A DNA stretch of 64,000 bases. Origin: Botryllus schlosseri (taxonomy: Eukaryota). The translations under genes were made by a program, and so were the position numbers. The stretch covers positions 2,358,001 to 2,422,000 of the forward strand of contig CM119378.1 in the NCBI GenBank assembly GCA_051294905.1, in the 5' to 3' direction. Below the pieces are notes generated by a model. It was given only the letters and a program-made list of their open reading frames with translations. It was not told the DNA's origin and made no database searches. Positions 36,479 to 48,873 of this stretch are shown piece by piece. Positions within the stretch are counted from its first letter, which is position 1; each line of letters starts with the position of its first letter.

Positions 36479-36720
36479 ATCCAAAAAAGTTTGAGGTGTT
36501 GAAGAGTACCATCACAGTAATTGATAATCATGGGTCGGGAAACGTGGAGGCAAAGAACATAAAAGTGGATATAGAAGGTCCAGTAGCCAGCCAGACAGAC
36601 AGACAGACTACCAGATATATTCTGTTATTGCAAATGCTCCCTCTGGTTCTGATGATCTTTTGGATCACCAAGACATGGATGTGGATGATGGACTATTTAT
36701 TATTTTGGACTGATGTTTAG
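36479..36720 (+). CDS. Gene B probable terminal exon (GSGNV motif + short tail, no caspase)
   Basis: Acceptor context ttttcaggtattt...ttttatag|AT is homologous to 19411-19447. DPKKFEVL...GSGNVEAKN aligns with DQNNTEVL...GSGNVFATN. The 3' reading frame is uncertain because of a (CAGA)4 tract. Confidence 0.6.
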
Positions 36721-36847
36721 ACTAAACAAGCTCTACCCTGTCATTGTTTCATGTTTACGCAAACAGGTAGGCTAACTGTATATTTAACAGCAAGTCATTT
36801 TTGAAAGATTATTTTACAATATGCTTTGTTGTTGTGGCAGTTATATC

Positions 36848-38068
36848 CAGGGCTTTGGAGCCGGAGCCCGGAGCCGGATCCCCGGAGCCGTGTATTTTCA
36901 CCGGAGCTGGAGCCGGAGCTCTACATAAAATTTAGCAGGAGCCGGAGCCAGAGCTGGAGCCCGTTATTTGAGGAGTAGCTCCGGCTCCGACCTATTTCAT
37001 AAGATGCTATTATATATGCAACAACCACATCTGCTGATTTATCATAATTGAACTGAATTTCAATGCTTTGCACAGCAATGGCATGGAGTAAATTGCGTTC
37101 TAGTGCAACTACGATGTTGTCGACAATTGACAAGTATTCAGTATGAAGTCACAAGCCGGCACGGCGGCACCTATATGTCTTTGTTGTTACATCGGATATT
37201 ACTGACGGCTGACGGACTCTAGATTACTATAGATAACTAACCTATTAGTAGATTAGTAATCCATAGAGACCAGGAATGGCCAACCTTTTCGGCTAAAGGG
37301 GCACATGCAATTGACGAACGAGTGCGCGGTCCACTAGCCACGCCAAGCGGGTAAAATTTTCTAAGTTTATAAATAAACTAGGTGAGTATTGCGGGTCTAT
37401 TGTATACCACCCGCTAGGCTCAGTTTGCAAGGACACGACTATTCAGCGTCTGGACACATCGATATCGAAGGTCTCCGATAATATGCGACAATCATTTTGT
37501 GCCTACATTTCACCGTCGACGATTTTTATGCGAGCGCAAACGCGAAAAGACTTTCTTCTGTAATCGCGAATACAGTTAGACTCTAACGGGTAAATTATAG
37601 GCGTTTTTTTTTTCATTTTCAGTAGGGGGTAGGCTACCAAGCAAGAAATCGCGTGACAATTAAACACGCGAAGGGTGAAGAAAAATTTCGCTACTATTTT
37701 AGGGTATTGTAATGTACGACGATTTACTGAAAATGTGACTGGAACCTGGATCTGCCAATGCGTCGGAACTGATATTTTAGTCATCAACATCCCAAGTGTC
37801 GCAGCCAGAATTGTAATTTTTGGTTGGCATTGCAAGTTCACAATCTGAGCAATTCTTTTTCGATAATATAATAGGACATTATCTCGCGAGCCGCGCAAAA
37901 CCCTCTCGCGGGCCACCCCTGATATAGACAGGACCATTCGATAATTTCAGAGCCGGAGCTGGAGCCGGAACAGTGGTTATAATGCGGCTCCGGAGCTGGA
38001 GCCAATGTATGATAGAATAGAGCGCCGGAGCTGGAGCAGTTTAAATTTATGGCTGCTCCAAAGCCCTT
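36848..38068. mobile_element. MITE with GGAGCC/GGAGCT subterminal repeats, containing a nested hAT element
   Basis: Ends CAGGGCTTTGGAGC / GCTCCAAAGCCCT; arrays of GGAGCC at both ends. Confidence 0.75.
37271..37921. mobile_element. Nested non-autonomous hAT element
   Basis: Ends CAGGAATGGCC / GGCCACCCCTG; TSD atagagac/atatagac. Confidence 0.7.
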
Positions 38069-38878
38069 ATCCATGCTGAATGATTATGATGTGCTCCGAC
38101 CAATGCAATAAATTTTCATGCAACGAAGCTCTTGGACTATGGAGATCCGAAGCAGTCGCAAAGTGGTAAAATCGACACTACCATTTTTCTCCCCCGCCAG
38201 GGTGCCAAGCGCCCAGCAGCTGATACCAGTTCTTACAATAAAGTCTTCGGTCTGCCGCCCATGACATACCGATCAAAGAGCTGGACACTGTGGCTGTGCT
38301 ATATCGTCAGTGACATTTTCCTCAATGGCTCATGTCATGGAAAAGTGATAGTAACTTACTAACTTACTACTATTGACTGATCACATCATTTACTAAGTAA
38401 CAAGAACATCCAGCATTTTTATCATGGCTGAACGTCACTTCAATTGAATCTCGCAATCATTCAAGTTCAGTTACTGGTTAGAAATAGTTCCTTGATCACC
38501 GTGAAAACGCTGAAGATGCCTATACTACAAGAAAGAGAAAACGTCAAAATAGGAAGGTGTTATGGCTGAAAAGTGTATTTTAACGTGTAGGCTAAATGAT
38601 ACAAAAAGTATTTCAAATCTGGTAAAAACCTATGCATCAGTAAGAATCAACAATCCACATAAATTTCTAAGCTATAAAGTTGCTTCACAAATTGTAAGTA
38701 AGGCAACAGGAAACGAAAAATGATGAGAATATGATAGGAATTTGGCAGATCGTAGGAATCCATTCCACTTCATATGAATAAATTGTCCACTAAACATGAT
38801 ATAGTAATTAAAAAAACAAGCTAATTTTAAAAACATCGCTTCTAGATCATCAACACTCTATTTGGCTTGATATGTTCC

Positions 38879-40429
38879 TTATTTTTTTCTTGGATATCCA
38901 GGGAGAAGAAATAGCTTGTTGGTGAAGCTGTTGCGGGAATAGCTCATAGCATATATATTATAGGACTCAATCACTTCTTCAGTTTCCTTATCCACCACCT
39001 CGTATTTATCAGTTTTCTTTTTCATGGCATCGTTGACTCTCAAGAGCATGTCTCGAACACTTTCGCGTCTTGAAAACTCCATAAAGACATTGGTCAGCGC
39101 CGTAATGAACCACGAGCCCTTTCTAGGGTGACGTATTGCCGCGTACCCCTTGTGCGTGGAATACGCAAAAAGCATGTCACTGTAGGTGGGTATCTTTGAA
39201 CCATCAAGTTGTACGGTGTTATTCGGAGTATGTCTTGAAATTGGTGTATTTGAAAAGTCGACATCAACACCACGATCTTTTATTTCCCCGCAACAGGATT
39301 GCAGAATAAAAAGTTTGGGAATGTTCCGTAATCTGGGTGCATTTGCATTGCTAAATGCTTGCCCAATTTCATCCTCAGATATTCTTTTATCATCAGCACC
39401 CTTGAGAAACACCTTATCTTTAACTAGTTCCCCATGGCTCATTATCACTATTACGATGTAACCGTACTCTTTCTTTGGTTTTGTCATGCCTTTCAAGATT
39501 TCCCGCATCTGATCCGCTGTTTGTTCTAGGTACGGTTTCTTGTTGTAGATATCGCATCCTATTTCTTTCCATAACTTCACCATATGCTCGACATCCTTTT
39601 CTGATCCGTGACGTTTCATATTCTCATCATTTGGAAAAGAATTGTTAATAATCAACGCAAAACCTTTGCGCTCCTCGGTATTGTAGCGATTCGGAGTTCC
39701 TCGAATAATTTCCATATCTTCGTCAGTAACAGGATCTACCTTATCCCTACGAACAGTCGTGCAATAATCCATGGATTCGGTGTCTTGTGTAAATGATTTT
39801 GATTCCGGTATCCTTGTTTTAGAATTTTTTCCCATAGCCCAGGCAGTCAACTTTTTGATTGGATTGTTTTTTGATTTTTTCCGGCTACGAATTGATTCAG
39901 ATGAACTTATGTGATCCGACTCGGAAGAGCTGACGGTCGCCCCACTTTCAGACCTTCTGTGAGTTTTTGAAAATGCTTTACTGACTAAATCATACCGTGG
40001 TGCACTGGCAGATTCCTTGACAGTGGTGTCATTAACGCTGCTAGATTTTCGAGACGGTGGATTCTCATCCAATTTGCATTGGTTCATTAAAGCACCAGAT
40101 ACGTCACTCTCAGGCACGGAAGGAATGTTAGAGGCCTTTGCAGTTGATGGTCCATCGCCGTACCGCTGATTACTCGCACCCTGGACGTCATTACCCACTC
40201 TTAGTTGGTCGACCAGTTGGTAAAGCCTGGCAGTGGTGGCGCAACGGCCTTCATTTCGCATCCAGGTTTGCACCATCTGAAAGCGTTGCTCTTCAAGACC
40301 ATCATCCCGGTAATCAGATTTGCATGTTGCAATTTCAAATTCAGATAGACTAAGACATTTCCGAGCAAACTTCTTCCAATCCTCACCAACTATACGAATG
40401 ACTTTGTAGATGTCGTCAATTTCAGACAT
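38879..40429 (-). CDS. Caspase 4 of cluster: death domain + caspase domain, intact dyad, intronless, 516 aa
   Basis: VGEDWKKFARKCLSLSEFEI...Y....LEEQRFQMVQTW...G..AT...L is a death domain. Caspase motifs: GFALIINN, RHGSEKD, MSHGE, IPKLFILQSCCG, SDMLFAYST, GSWFI. Confidence 0.93.
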   Translation of the reverse strand: MSEIDDIYKVIRIVGEDWKKFARKCLSLSEFEIATCKSDYRDDGLEEQRFQMVQTWMRNEGRCATTARLYQLVDQLRVGNDVQGASNQRYGDGPSTAKASNIPSVPESDVSGALMNQCKLDENPPSRKSSSVNDTTVKESASAPRYDLVSKAFSKTHRRSESGATVSSSESDHISSSESIRSRKKSKNNPIKKLTAWAMGKNSKTRIPESKSFTQDTESMDYCTTVRRDKVDPVTDEDMEIIRGTPNRYNTEERKGFALIINNSFPNDENMKRHGSEKDVEHMVKLWKEIGCDIYNKKPYLEQTADQMREILKGMTKPKKEYGYIVIVIMSHGELVKDKVFLKGADDKRISEDEIGQAFSNANAPRLRNIPKLFILQSCCGEIKDRGVDVDFSNTPISRHTPNNTVQLDGSKIPTYSDMLFAYSTHKGYAAIRHPRKGSWFITALTNVFMEFSRRESVRDMLLRVNDAMKKKTDKYEVVDKETEEVIESYNIYAMSYSRNSFTNKLFLLPGYPRKK

Positions 40430-40470
40430 ACCTTCTGTGTCTGCTTAAGAGTTCAAACGCCTTTCATTTC

Positions 40471-40619
40471 AATAAGTCTTCCATGAGTTACCAATTAGCA
40501 TACAAATAAAGATCTATAAAGGGAATTCAAGTTCAATGACCTGTCACTGAAATAAGTCTTCCATAACTTACCAATTAGCATACTAATAAAGATGCTATAA
40601 AAGGAATTGAAATCAATGC
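40471..40619. repeat. Imperfect 80-bp tandem duplication immediately upstream of caspase 4
   Basis: aataagtcttccat..ttaccaattagcatac.aataaagat..tataaa.ggaatt..a.tcaatg occurs at 40471 and 40551. Confidence 0.8.
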
Positions 40620-42836
40620 AAGGTTTGTTCGCTTAATTTGGCTCTATTAGTTCTAATTGTTCAACTAGCAACATGGAGAATAAGATGACCCCTGCACTAT
40701 GCGACACCGCGATTGTATTCCAATGGAAATTTTGGAGCCGAGGTTCAAGAAGAAAACAAAATGAAGTACTGTAACATTTGGCATCAGGATGAGCTGGGTG
40801 CTAGAGTAAAGATATTGTAAATTGTACTCCCTATCTATTCATTACAACAGATTGTGTCATATGTATTGTATTGTACATTGTTTCTGGCCGGAAAAATAGA
40901 ATGGAAGTGCCACCACCGGAACAATGACATCATTGATTACATATAATTCTAGAAATCTACATTGCTCTGAGTGACACTCTATAATTACTACAACAAACGA
41001 GTAGATATTAGTTAATTGTAGATATCTAACACTGCCCATTAGAGCTGTTAAAAAAAAACTTTTGTTTCAGATTTCACTGGCTACTTGACAAAATTGTTAG
41101 GTTGGTTAGAAAAACGCTGCATACCAACTTTGGCTCAATTCCAACCAGTAGAAGCGAGATTCTTGCAGTAGAAACTTTTGAATTTATCATTAAAAAATCA
41201 GGAAAAAAATTCAAAATTTTTCTGTCGACGTCATAAAATTGTTAGGCTGTCAGTAGAGATGATGTACTACAATAAAATTTGGCTCAATTCCTACCACTAG
41301 AAGTGAAGTTTTTCCGTAGAAAATTTTGGATTTGAATAAAATAGTATTTACGGTGACTAACTCTTCAATTATTTATTATAAAATGATGGAATTAGAAATT
41401 TTTCTACTGCAATAACTTCGCTTCTAGTGGTTGGAATTGAGCCAAATTTGGTCGACAGCTATGATGTGTGGATAAAATAATAGTGAAGTCGATTATAAAA
41501 AGTGGAATACGCTTAAATTGGAAAGGTTAGATAGATAACAACGAACAACAGGACTTAATGGTAGCCAAGAGAGGAATTATTCCAAGGTTTCCACCATAAA
41601 TACAGAGATAGTGCCCCCAGATCAAAAAACTCGTGTGTAGCTAATTTTGCACTAAGCCGGTGGCTGTGATTCTGGCTGTGACAATCGAATCCCTAAGACA
41701 TGAGGTTACTACTCCAGCATGCTACACAAGCTGTTTTTCTAATATTTTAATCCAATAAGGAGTCAGCTGCAAATCTAACTCTTGGCTTTTAAATAAATGT
41801 AAAGCAATGACTTTAACAACTCCCCGTGACTGTAGCGAATAATTTATTCTCCCCATAACTTGTGGAAGGTTCTATCATTTTCATATGCTCAAAACACACA
41901 TCATGTAGCCTACAATGCGACACACAATGCAATGTAATGAACAGATATGAGGATGAGGGTATTTTAACAGCCATGTTTGTTTGATTCATAAATATCAAAA
42001 AGCCACATCAGCATACTGATTACGGCACTTCTACGCTTTCTCGATCTTTCATTATCTTCTCTTTATGTGTCCACCATTAAGCCTATTCTCCCTGATTGAT
42101 CATTAGTGTGAAGTGGTAACCACTAAAATACGACGGCTGGCAAAGTCACAACTTCAAATCTTGAGCAAAGGTTAAAAGTTTTGTTTGCATTGCATACAAA
42201 CAGATAAGCCGCTCAGGTTCCAGTGATTTGAAAGCTAACCATATGAATCTACAAAGTACAGAATATAAAGAGATTTTCATAAATACATATATACAGAATT
42301 CAAAGGAACATTTGTATATTGGATATAGGCGGATTGCGAAGATAAAAATGCAAACAGTACGCTGAATTAACAGAATTCAATAAATATTGAAGAAAAACAT
42401 GATAAAAAGCCCATCAAAATCAAATGTACTGTTGTATTCAATAACATGACTTTGAATCGTGAATGCCAGAACACAGCAGCAAATATCGAAGAGAAGTATG
42501 TTGATCGTTGCTAATACACCATTATCATTCGTTCAATAGACAGACAGGCAGAAGTTCAATTGAAAAATATGAGAAAATAATTTAGCGAAATTGTGGCCAG
42601 CGATACGACCGTTACGTCATCTGGTTACATTATACACTCATTTATAGGCCTATCTGTTTAATAGATATATGTAAAGTTGTAAAAATGCATAGCAATATAT
42701 TTGAATGAAATGTGCATATTATATACATAGGCTAATATAAACTTGATTTGGCACATTTCAATCATCACAATCAAACTATAAGAAACTAGTCACTATATAC
42801 AAAGCAAGGCTTTCAAAACACAAATAATACGAGATC

Positions 42837-44501
42837 TTACGATATGGAGTACCCCGGCAAGAGGTAAAGTTGTCTGATGAGGCTACCGCCATCCCAACTT
42901 AACGACTTGAGTTCTTTCCACTTTCCGTCTACCTCGTCTAGGTAGTCACCACTGAACTCCATCATGGCTTCCTTGACCCGTAGCAGCATAGAAGGCACGG
43001 ACTCAGACCTGGCATAGTGCATGAACACATTCGTGACCGCCGATATAAACCAGGAGCCATCGTCGCGAGACCGAATAGCTGGACGATACTTGTGGGTTGC
43101 GAACGCAAAGTGCATATCGCTACTGGTCGGAATTTTGTGACCGTCTATTTGAACAACGTCCAGCCTCGCCTGTTCATTCACGCTGGGCATACGTTTGAAC
43201 GATTTTTCAAATCTCGCGTGATCTACATCCACCCCGTAATCGAAATCTCCGCCGCAGCAGAATTGGAAAAAGAATAGTTTCGGAATATTCTTCAATCGCG
43301 GCGCATTGCGGTTGTTGAAGATTGTTTCAATCTCAGTGACAGATATATTTCTGCCATCGACGCCTCGGATGACAGTAGTTTCACCATCCAAACCTCCGTG
43401 GCTCATTATAACCACAACTATATAACTGTATTTTTGCTCTAAAAGCGGTATCTGCTTCAGGATCGTCCTCATTTGATTTGCAGATTTCTCTTGCTGCGCT
43501 TCTCCTCCGTAAATTTCACACCCCATTTGTTTCCAAAGTTGCTCCATGTTGTTGACGTCTTCGTCAGCACCATCTCTAAAGTGATCATTGTTCTTGAACG
43601 AATTGTTCAAAATGAGAGCGCATCCGGGATATTTTTCAGTGCAATATCGATTTTTAATGCTTGTAATGCGCTGAATGTCTTCTTCGGATACAAGATCTAC
43701 TTTGACTTTGCCAACCCTGGAGCAGACATTTTCTTTTGAATCTTGCCCGGTCGAAAAAGTCTTCGCATTCTTGGAGTTTGTTTTCATCCCCTTTCGTATA
43801 CTGGATACGACACGTTTCAACTTACCGAGTCTGCCTTTCTTTTTTCCGTTACGCTTCAAAGACAACGATGAGTCATAACATTCAGACGACGCAGAAGATG
43901 AGCTAATTACAGTACTCTCACTTTCAGATCTTTTGTGATTTGGCTTTACTGCTGAATTTACGTCGCCAAATGCCTTCTTATTTGCATCATCAGTGTCAGT
44001 TAATGCAATTACGGATTGGACTTTTGTGTTGGCACCTTCCGACAACATCAGGTTTGAAGTAGCTTCCACAGGCAAATTGGAGCGATTTTCAACATCATTG
44101 ACATTGGCTTGAGCTTTTTTCCATGCATCCATTGGATTTGGTATGTCACTAACTGGAGTCCTCAGTACTTTCACACTACGATTTGCTCCGAAATTGCTTT
44201 GTGAGGGACTTTCAACGTAATTTTGACTCGCAGCTTGACTGGGTTCACGATGTCTTTGCTCTGTTGGATTGTCCCAACCTGCTAATTCGGCGAGTCTACT
44301 GATAGTGGCGTGACGACCATTTTTACGAATCCAGGTTTGTATCATTTGGAATCGTTGCTCAGTCAAGTTGTCCCGATCCATATACTCGCAATCTTCAACT
44401 TCGTTTTCAGACAGCTCAAGTTTCTCACGGGCAAACCTCTTCCAGTTTCGGCCAACCTGTGCTATGACGGCATAGGCATCTGCAGCTTTGATCCCAGGCA
44501 T
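42837..44501 (-). CDS. Caspase 5 of cluster: death domain + caspase domain, intact dyad, intronless, 554 aa
   Basis: VGRNWKRFAREKLELSENEV...LTEQRFQMIQTW...G..AT...L death domain. Caspase motifs: GCALILNN, RDGADED, MSHGG, IPKLFFFQFCCG, SDMHFAFAT, AIR...GSWFI. Confidence 0.93.
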   Translation of the reverse strand: MPGIKAADAYAVIAQVGRNWKRFAREKLELSENEVEDCEYMDRDNLTEQRFQMIQTWIRKNGRHATISRLAELAGWDNPTEQRHREPSQAASQNYVESPSQSNFGANRSVKVLRTPVSDIPNPMDAWKKAQANVNDVENRSNLPVEATSNLMLSEGANTKVQSVIALTDTDDANKKAFGDVNSAVKPNHKRSESESTVISSSSASSECYDSSLSLKRNGKKKGRLGKLKRVVSSIRKGMKTNSKNAKTFSTGQDSKENVCSRVGKVKVDLVSEEDIQRITSIKNRYCTEKYPGCALILNNSFKNNDHFRDGADEDVNNMEQLWKQMGCEIYGGEAQQEKSANQMRTILKQIPLLEQKYSYIVVVIMSHGGLDGETTVIRGVDGRNISVTEIETIFNNRNAPRLKNIPKLFFFQFCCGGDFDYGVDVDHARFEKSFKRMPSVNEQARLDVVQIDGHKIPTSSDMHFAFATHKYRPAIRSRDDGSWFISAVTNVFMHYARSESVPSMLLRVKEAMMEFSGDYLDEVDGKWKELKSLSWDGGSLIRQLYLLPGYSIS

Positions 44502-44645
44502 TATTATAGTCTCTGTTTTGCATTGAATAAACTTCCAACAGGGATATCAATGAAAAACTGCTTCCTTCATCAATTATCAAGAAATAAATATCCGTACACT
44601 GCTCCTCGTACTGAACGTTTGATCTAATTACAGCTACTGATGCGT

Positions 44646-44718
44646 CTTTATATATATGTGAACTCCGAGTGAGAGTGAGTCTACCCTGATGCTAGCTACT
44701 AAGGGGGGAATACATTCC
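44646..44718 (-). promoter_or_regulatory. Candidate caspase 5 promoter: TATA box (TATATAAAG, 44654-44646) with a kB-like GGGGAATACATTCC upstream
   Basis: TATA about 145 bp upstream of the ATG; motif match only. Confidence 0.35.
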
Positions 44719-45097
44719 TGCTTTAACCCGGTGAACCACCGAGGGAAAATGCGTACGAGCAAAAACTCACCAGGGTTGGTTTGATTTGCTTGAAATAAGG
44801 TCAGATTTGTTTGAAATGAGGTCAGTCTCCTGTTTGAAATACATTATTATTATTTCAAACAAATCGAACCAACCCTCCTCCAAAAACTGACAACATACTG
44901 TCGTAACATTAACCATGGAGAACTACTTTATGCGCAAAAGTACTTACCTCCTACAATTTTTTTTTTAAGAGAGAGTACTTTTGGGTTAGCGTTGCGTCAG
45001 TTTTATGACTGAAATCGTCCTCATAACGACTAGAAAGGAGGTGAGCCATTGATGCATAACGCCGCCAGAAGACCAACGTTTTGTGCTTGTTCGCTTC

Positions 45098-45145
45098 AAG
45101 TATAGATAACTAAGGTAAACCGGTTTACCTTAGTTATCTATACTT
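45098..45145. repeat. Perfect 48-bp palindrome
   Basis: AAGTATAGATAACTAAGGTAAACC|GGTTTACCTTAGTTATCTATACTT; extends to 45093-45150 with one mismatch. Confidence 0.95.
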
Positions 45146-47271
45146 CAAGCATCTTAGCGTGTTTTCTCTTTTCGATTAACTCTACCCATAACCGCGTGAA
45201 ATGGCACTGGTATCACGGTAACTGAATATATATTCGAAGATTGTCTCTATTACTTTGTAATGTCCGACCTTTCGACCGAATTTACTTTTTGAAACTATTT
45301 ACTTAGGTAGGCCTACTCTTTATAAGTTTCATTTTCTACTTCCAGTTGAAGTAATTTTGAATGTTTTGATATGTCATAGAAATCGTTACTGAAATTGTAA
45401 TTGAGTAGGACTCTACGGTATTTCAACAACGCAGACCACTTTGTACTGTATTTTGGTCATTCGGAAATCGCGATTCGAACATTTGCCATTTTGAACGATA
45501 CATTCCAGACAAAATGTTATGGACATTCACTTTGTAATAGGGTCGCAGCATAACTGGTCGTTTCGACATCCTCCCATCTCTTCACTACATCGCACTGTGT
45601 CTTGCGTCGTGTGTGTCTTGAGCGGATGATCATATAATCTGACGATTATGCCATTTCTTACTCGGAGGTAGACTTCATCATCATCATTATCATTGGTTTA
45701 TGAGCAATTTTTATCGTTCAAAACACCACGAAAATGCGATACAATGAAAAGACTCGCATTACCGTACTCATCTTTGAGGAACGATTATAGTCGTGGGTTA
45801 ATTATCATGTGACTGTGACATCATAGCAATTTACAAGGTACGTTGTATATTGTTACCCCGACGACACCTGTGCACATAACCAGGGGAAACACCGTCATTC
45901 TCCCCAACCTGTCCTTAAGTATTGGTCAAAGGCTACCCTACCAAAATAATACATTAACCCAATATTGACTCTGCATTACTTTTCATTCAGTGTGCATGTC
46001 TCTTATTTGCTTCGCCTAGGCTAAGGTGGGTGTCCGATGTTAAAGGCTACTCCAAGTTGTTTCGACACCTTCCTATCCTTTCATTGTATCGCAGTCTTGT
46101 GATGTTTTAAAACGATGAAAATAATAATAAACCTGATTGATTGCATGATTGACGAAAAGCCATGTATACTGACATTGCATTGCATTACACTTTCTGCCGC
46201 CTTTGAAGACACGATAGCATACGGTGCAAAAATTGTGTCGTAGCCAGCATTGTCAGAATGAAGCAACGCGGTGTGTCACCAGCCGTGTTGTTCGCCATCA
46301 ACTACGGTTGTTGAACGTTCTTTCTCCATTCTTGGCAAGCTGCTCTGTAAGGACGGACACGTGCTACCCGAGAATGAAGGGTACTACAACAACTTTTAAT
46401 TATTTCTACCACAATACCTGATGTAATTACTGGAATTCTTCATAGGGCCAGATTACGTTGAACGCTAGTTTTTCAGGTTAATACTTATCAGTTCTGAAGC
46501 TAAAAACGTTTTTTCCAGGCCAAACTACTTCATAGGACAAACAGTTCCAACCAGAAATGCAGATGAGTAGTACAATTTTAACATGTAGGAAAACAAGTAA
46601 TTCGCATACATGAGGTCAAAATTCAGTTTTTCAGGGTAAAAAAGTCAAAATTTTGATTTTTAGGTCAAAATTTTTCATTTTAGGTCAAAAAAATCACCCT
46701 ACTTATAATAAATCATCGACTTTGGATAGAAATGCGCTGCGTAGTGCAAGCATTCTATTTATATATTTACTCAGCATATCTACACGGACCTGATGAAATG
46801 ATTCGCACTTCTACCAGCATGTAGTTTTGAGCAGTCGAAAATCATGTAAGTGAGTGGATTTACATTTCTTCAAGGCATGTAATATACTTTTATATTAGTA
46901 ACTTCAATCATTGCTCTGACCACGTCTAAGCTCTAAGAATACAATGTGACGACAGCATATCAATCATGAATTTTGTATACACAACACATCAAAATCTTTG
47001 GACGGCAGTCCCCATTCGCTAAATGTAGGTAGTCCATGAAAAAGTAGATGCAAATAAGGGGCAGAGTAGAATTTTTTTTTCATTCAACAATCGCCGTTAT
47101 ATTACACAATATGGAAGAATGATATAATAAATTTGATTTCAAAGAACCATTGCACCACTAGAAACAGAAATCGAAGCATCACATAAGACAAACATGAATG
47201 GCACCAGTTGAGCATGAAAATGATATTAAATCAAGTATAGGCCACTTGAAATAATCATATCATGTGATGAG

Positions 47272-47658
47272 TAGGGCAAGTTTTTGCAACTTTTGAAACT
47301 TTTTTTACAGCTTCCTAAATACTCGTAAGATATGTAGAAAGCTGTTTTAAGCTGTTTGAAGGAATCTTATAGTGCATCTTTTCGCAACTTTTGTCCGTTT
47401 TTTTCATGCAACTTTTTGCAACATTTTGCAACTTTTTCGATTTTTCATGAAAGTATTTTCGGTTTTGGTGAAATACACGGCCAAATTCGACTGAAACGCC
47501 GTAAATCAGCACCGAAGTACGGGTATTTCGGGAGCTGAGCCGGTAAATTGACCATTTTTTTAGTCAACCGTGCAAAATGTGGTCTTTTAGCGCAACTTTT
47601 GTCAAAAATAAATAAATGCAACTTTCCGCGTATTTAACCGCAACAAAAACTTGCCATA
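47272..47658. mobile_element. hAT-type MITE
   Basis: TIRs TAGGGCAAGTTTTT / AAAAACTTGCCATA; perfect TSD gtgatgag. Confidence 0.88.
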
Positions 47659-48344
47659 GTGATGAGTATTCAGAAACAACTGCACTCAAGCACCATCATG
47701 CACAGCAATGGTTTTGGTCTTGTTCAAGTACACATACCAAATGCAAGACTCCTCACATCTGCTCTTATCAAGACAAGTAATGACAGAGCTCTCGGAGTTG
47801 AGAGAGTTTTTGTAGCAACAATTGTGATAAATGTTCGCAGGTATCCAAATACTTTTACCCCAAATGTAACCATTTTCGTAGAGAAACAAGTGAGGGACCC
47901 AAGATCTGGTCACTCATTATTACTGATTAAAATGAATTGATATTTCAGTTTTTGTGCAACACAAATGAATAAAAATTTGCGCTTGCCCTCTTCTGTAGTG
48001 AACTAGAATGGTCACAAGTGGAGCAGTCCACTCGGATAAATAACGGCTACAGATTTCATCATTTCAGTTACCCTTCTCCATGCTCAAGCATCGATTTGAA
48101 CAGCACCGTATGTGCAGCAGAAATATTAGTTGATATAATAGGATGTGCTAATTTGGTACTAGATCATCCATGGACGGAAAGAAAAATTTTAATCTATATT
48201 AGCCTACTGTAAATGTGTATATTCTACATTCTCAGACACAAGATTTTGTTCAAAAGAATTTAGCAACATACAAAACCATGGTCTGTCATTAACATGAAAC
48301 TAGCATTAATTTATCTACATGATATCCGTCAGTCGACATATAAC

Positions 48345-48859
48345 TAGGGCTGGGCAAAATGATTCGAGTACTCGAATCTGAATCGAGTAGTAATTTTAAT
48401 GATTCGAGTCGAGTAGTAAAAGACGTTTTTTTCGAGTACTGAAATTATACGGTCCTCGCAACTGAAAGTTAATTTACTGACGAGAATTATACTTTTGATA
48501 CTATTTTCCACTGAGGAAGCCGTGAAACCTTGATTGGCCGTGTTTGAGCATACCAGGCACAGTTTAAAGCTATGAACGTTACTGAAAATAACACATTTCC
48601 GAAGTCATTATCATCCAACAAAATTGTTAAGAAGTGTAATGAAATCGGTATGATCGAAAAAATACCAAAGTATCTTTAATGTGATGGATAACAGGCATTA
48701 CGTTCTTTGTGATGGCATAAAAGGTTCATATTTGGACTTCGACATAGTACATCCTGTTGTGACGTCATAATGAGGGATACTCGATTACTCGACTCGACTC
48801 AAAGCATATTACGTGATTCAGAATCGAATCACTCAGGTACTCGATTTTGCCCAGCCCTA
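48345..48859. mobile_element. hAT-type MITE
   Basis: TIRs TAGGGCTGGGCAAAAT / ATTTTGCCCAGCCCTA; perfect TSD catataac. A decayed inverted relative lies near 18655-19100. Confidence 0.92.
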
Positions 48860-48873
48860 CATATAACTATAAC

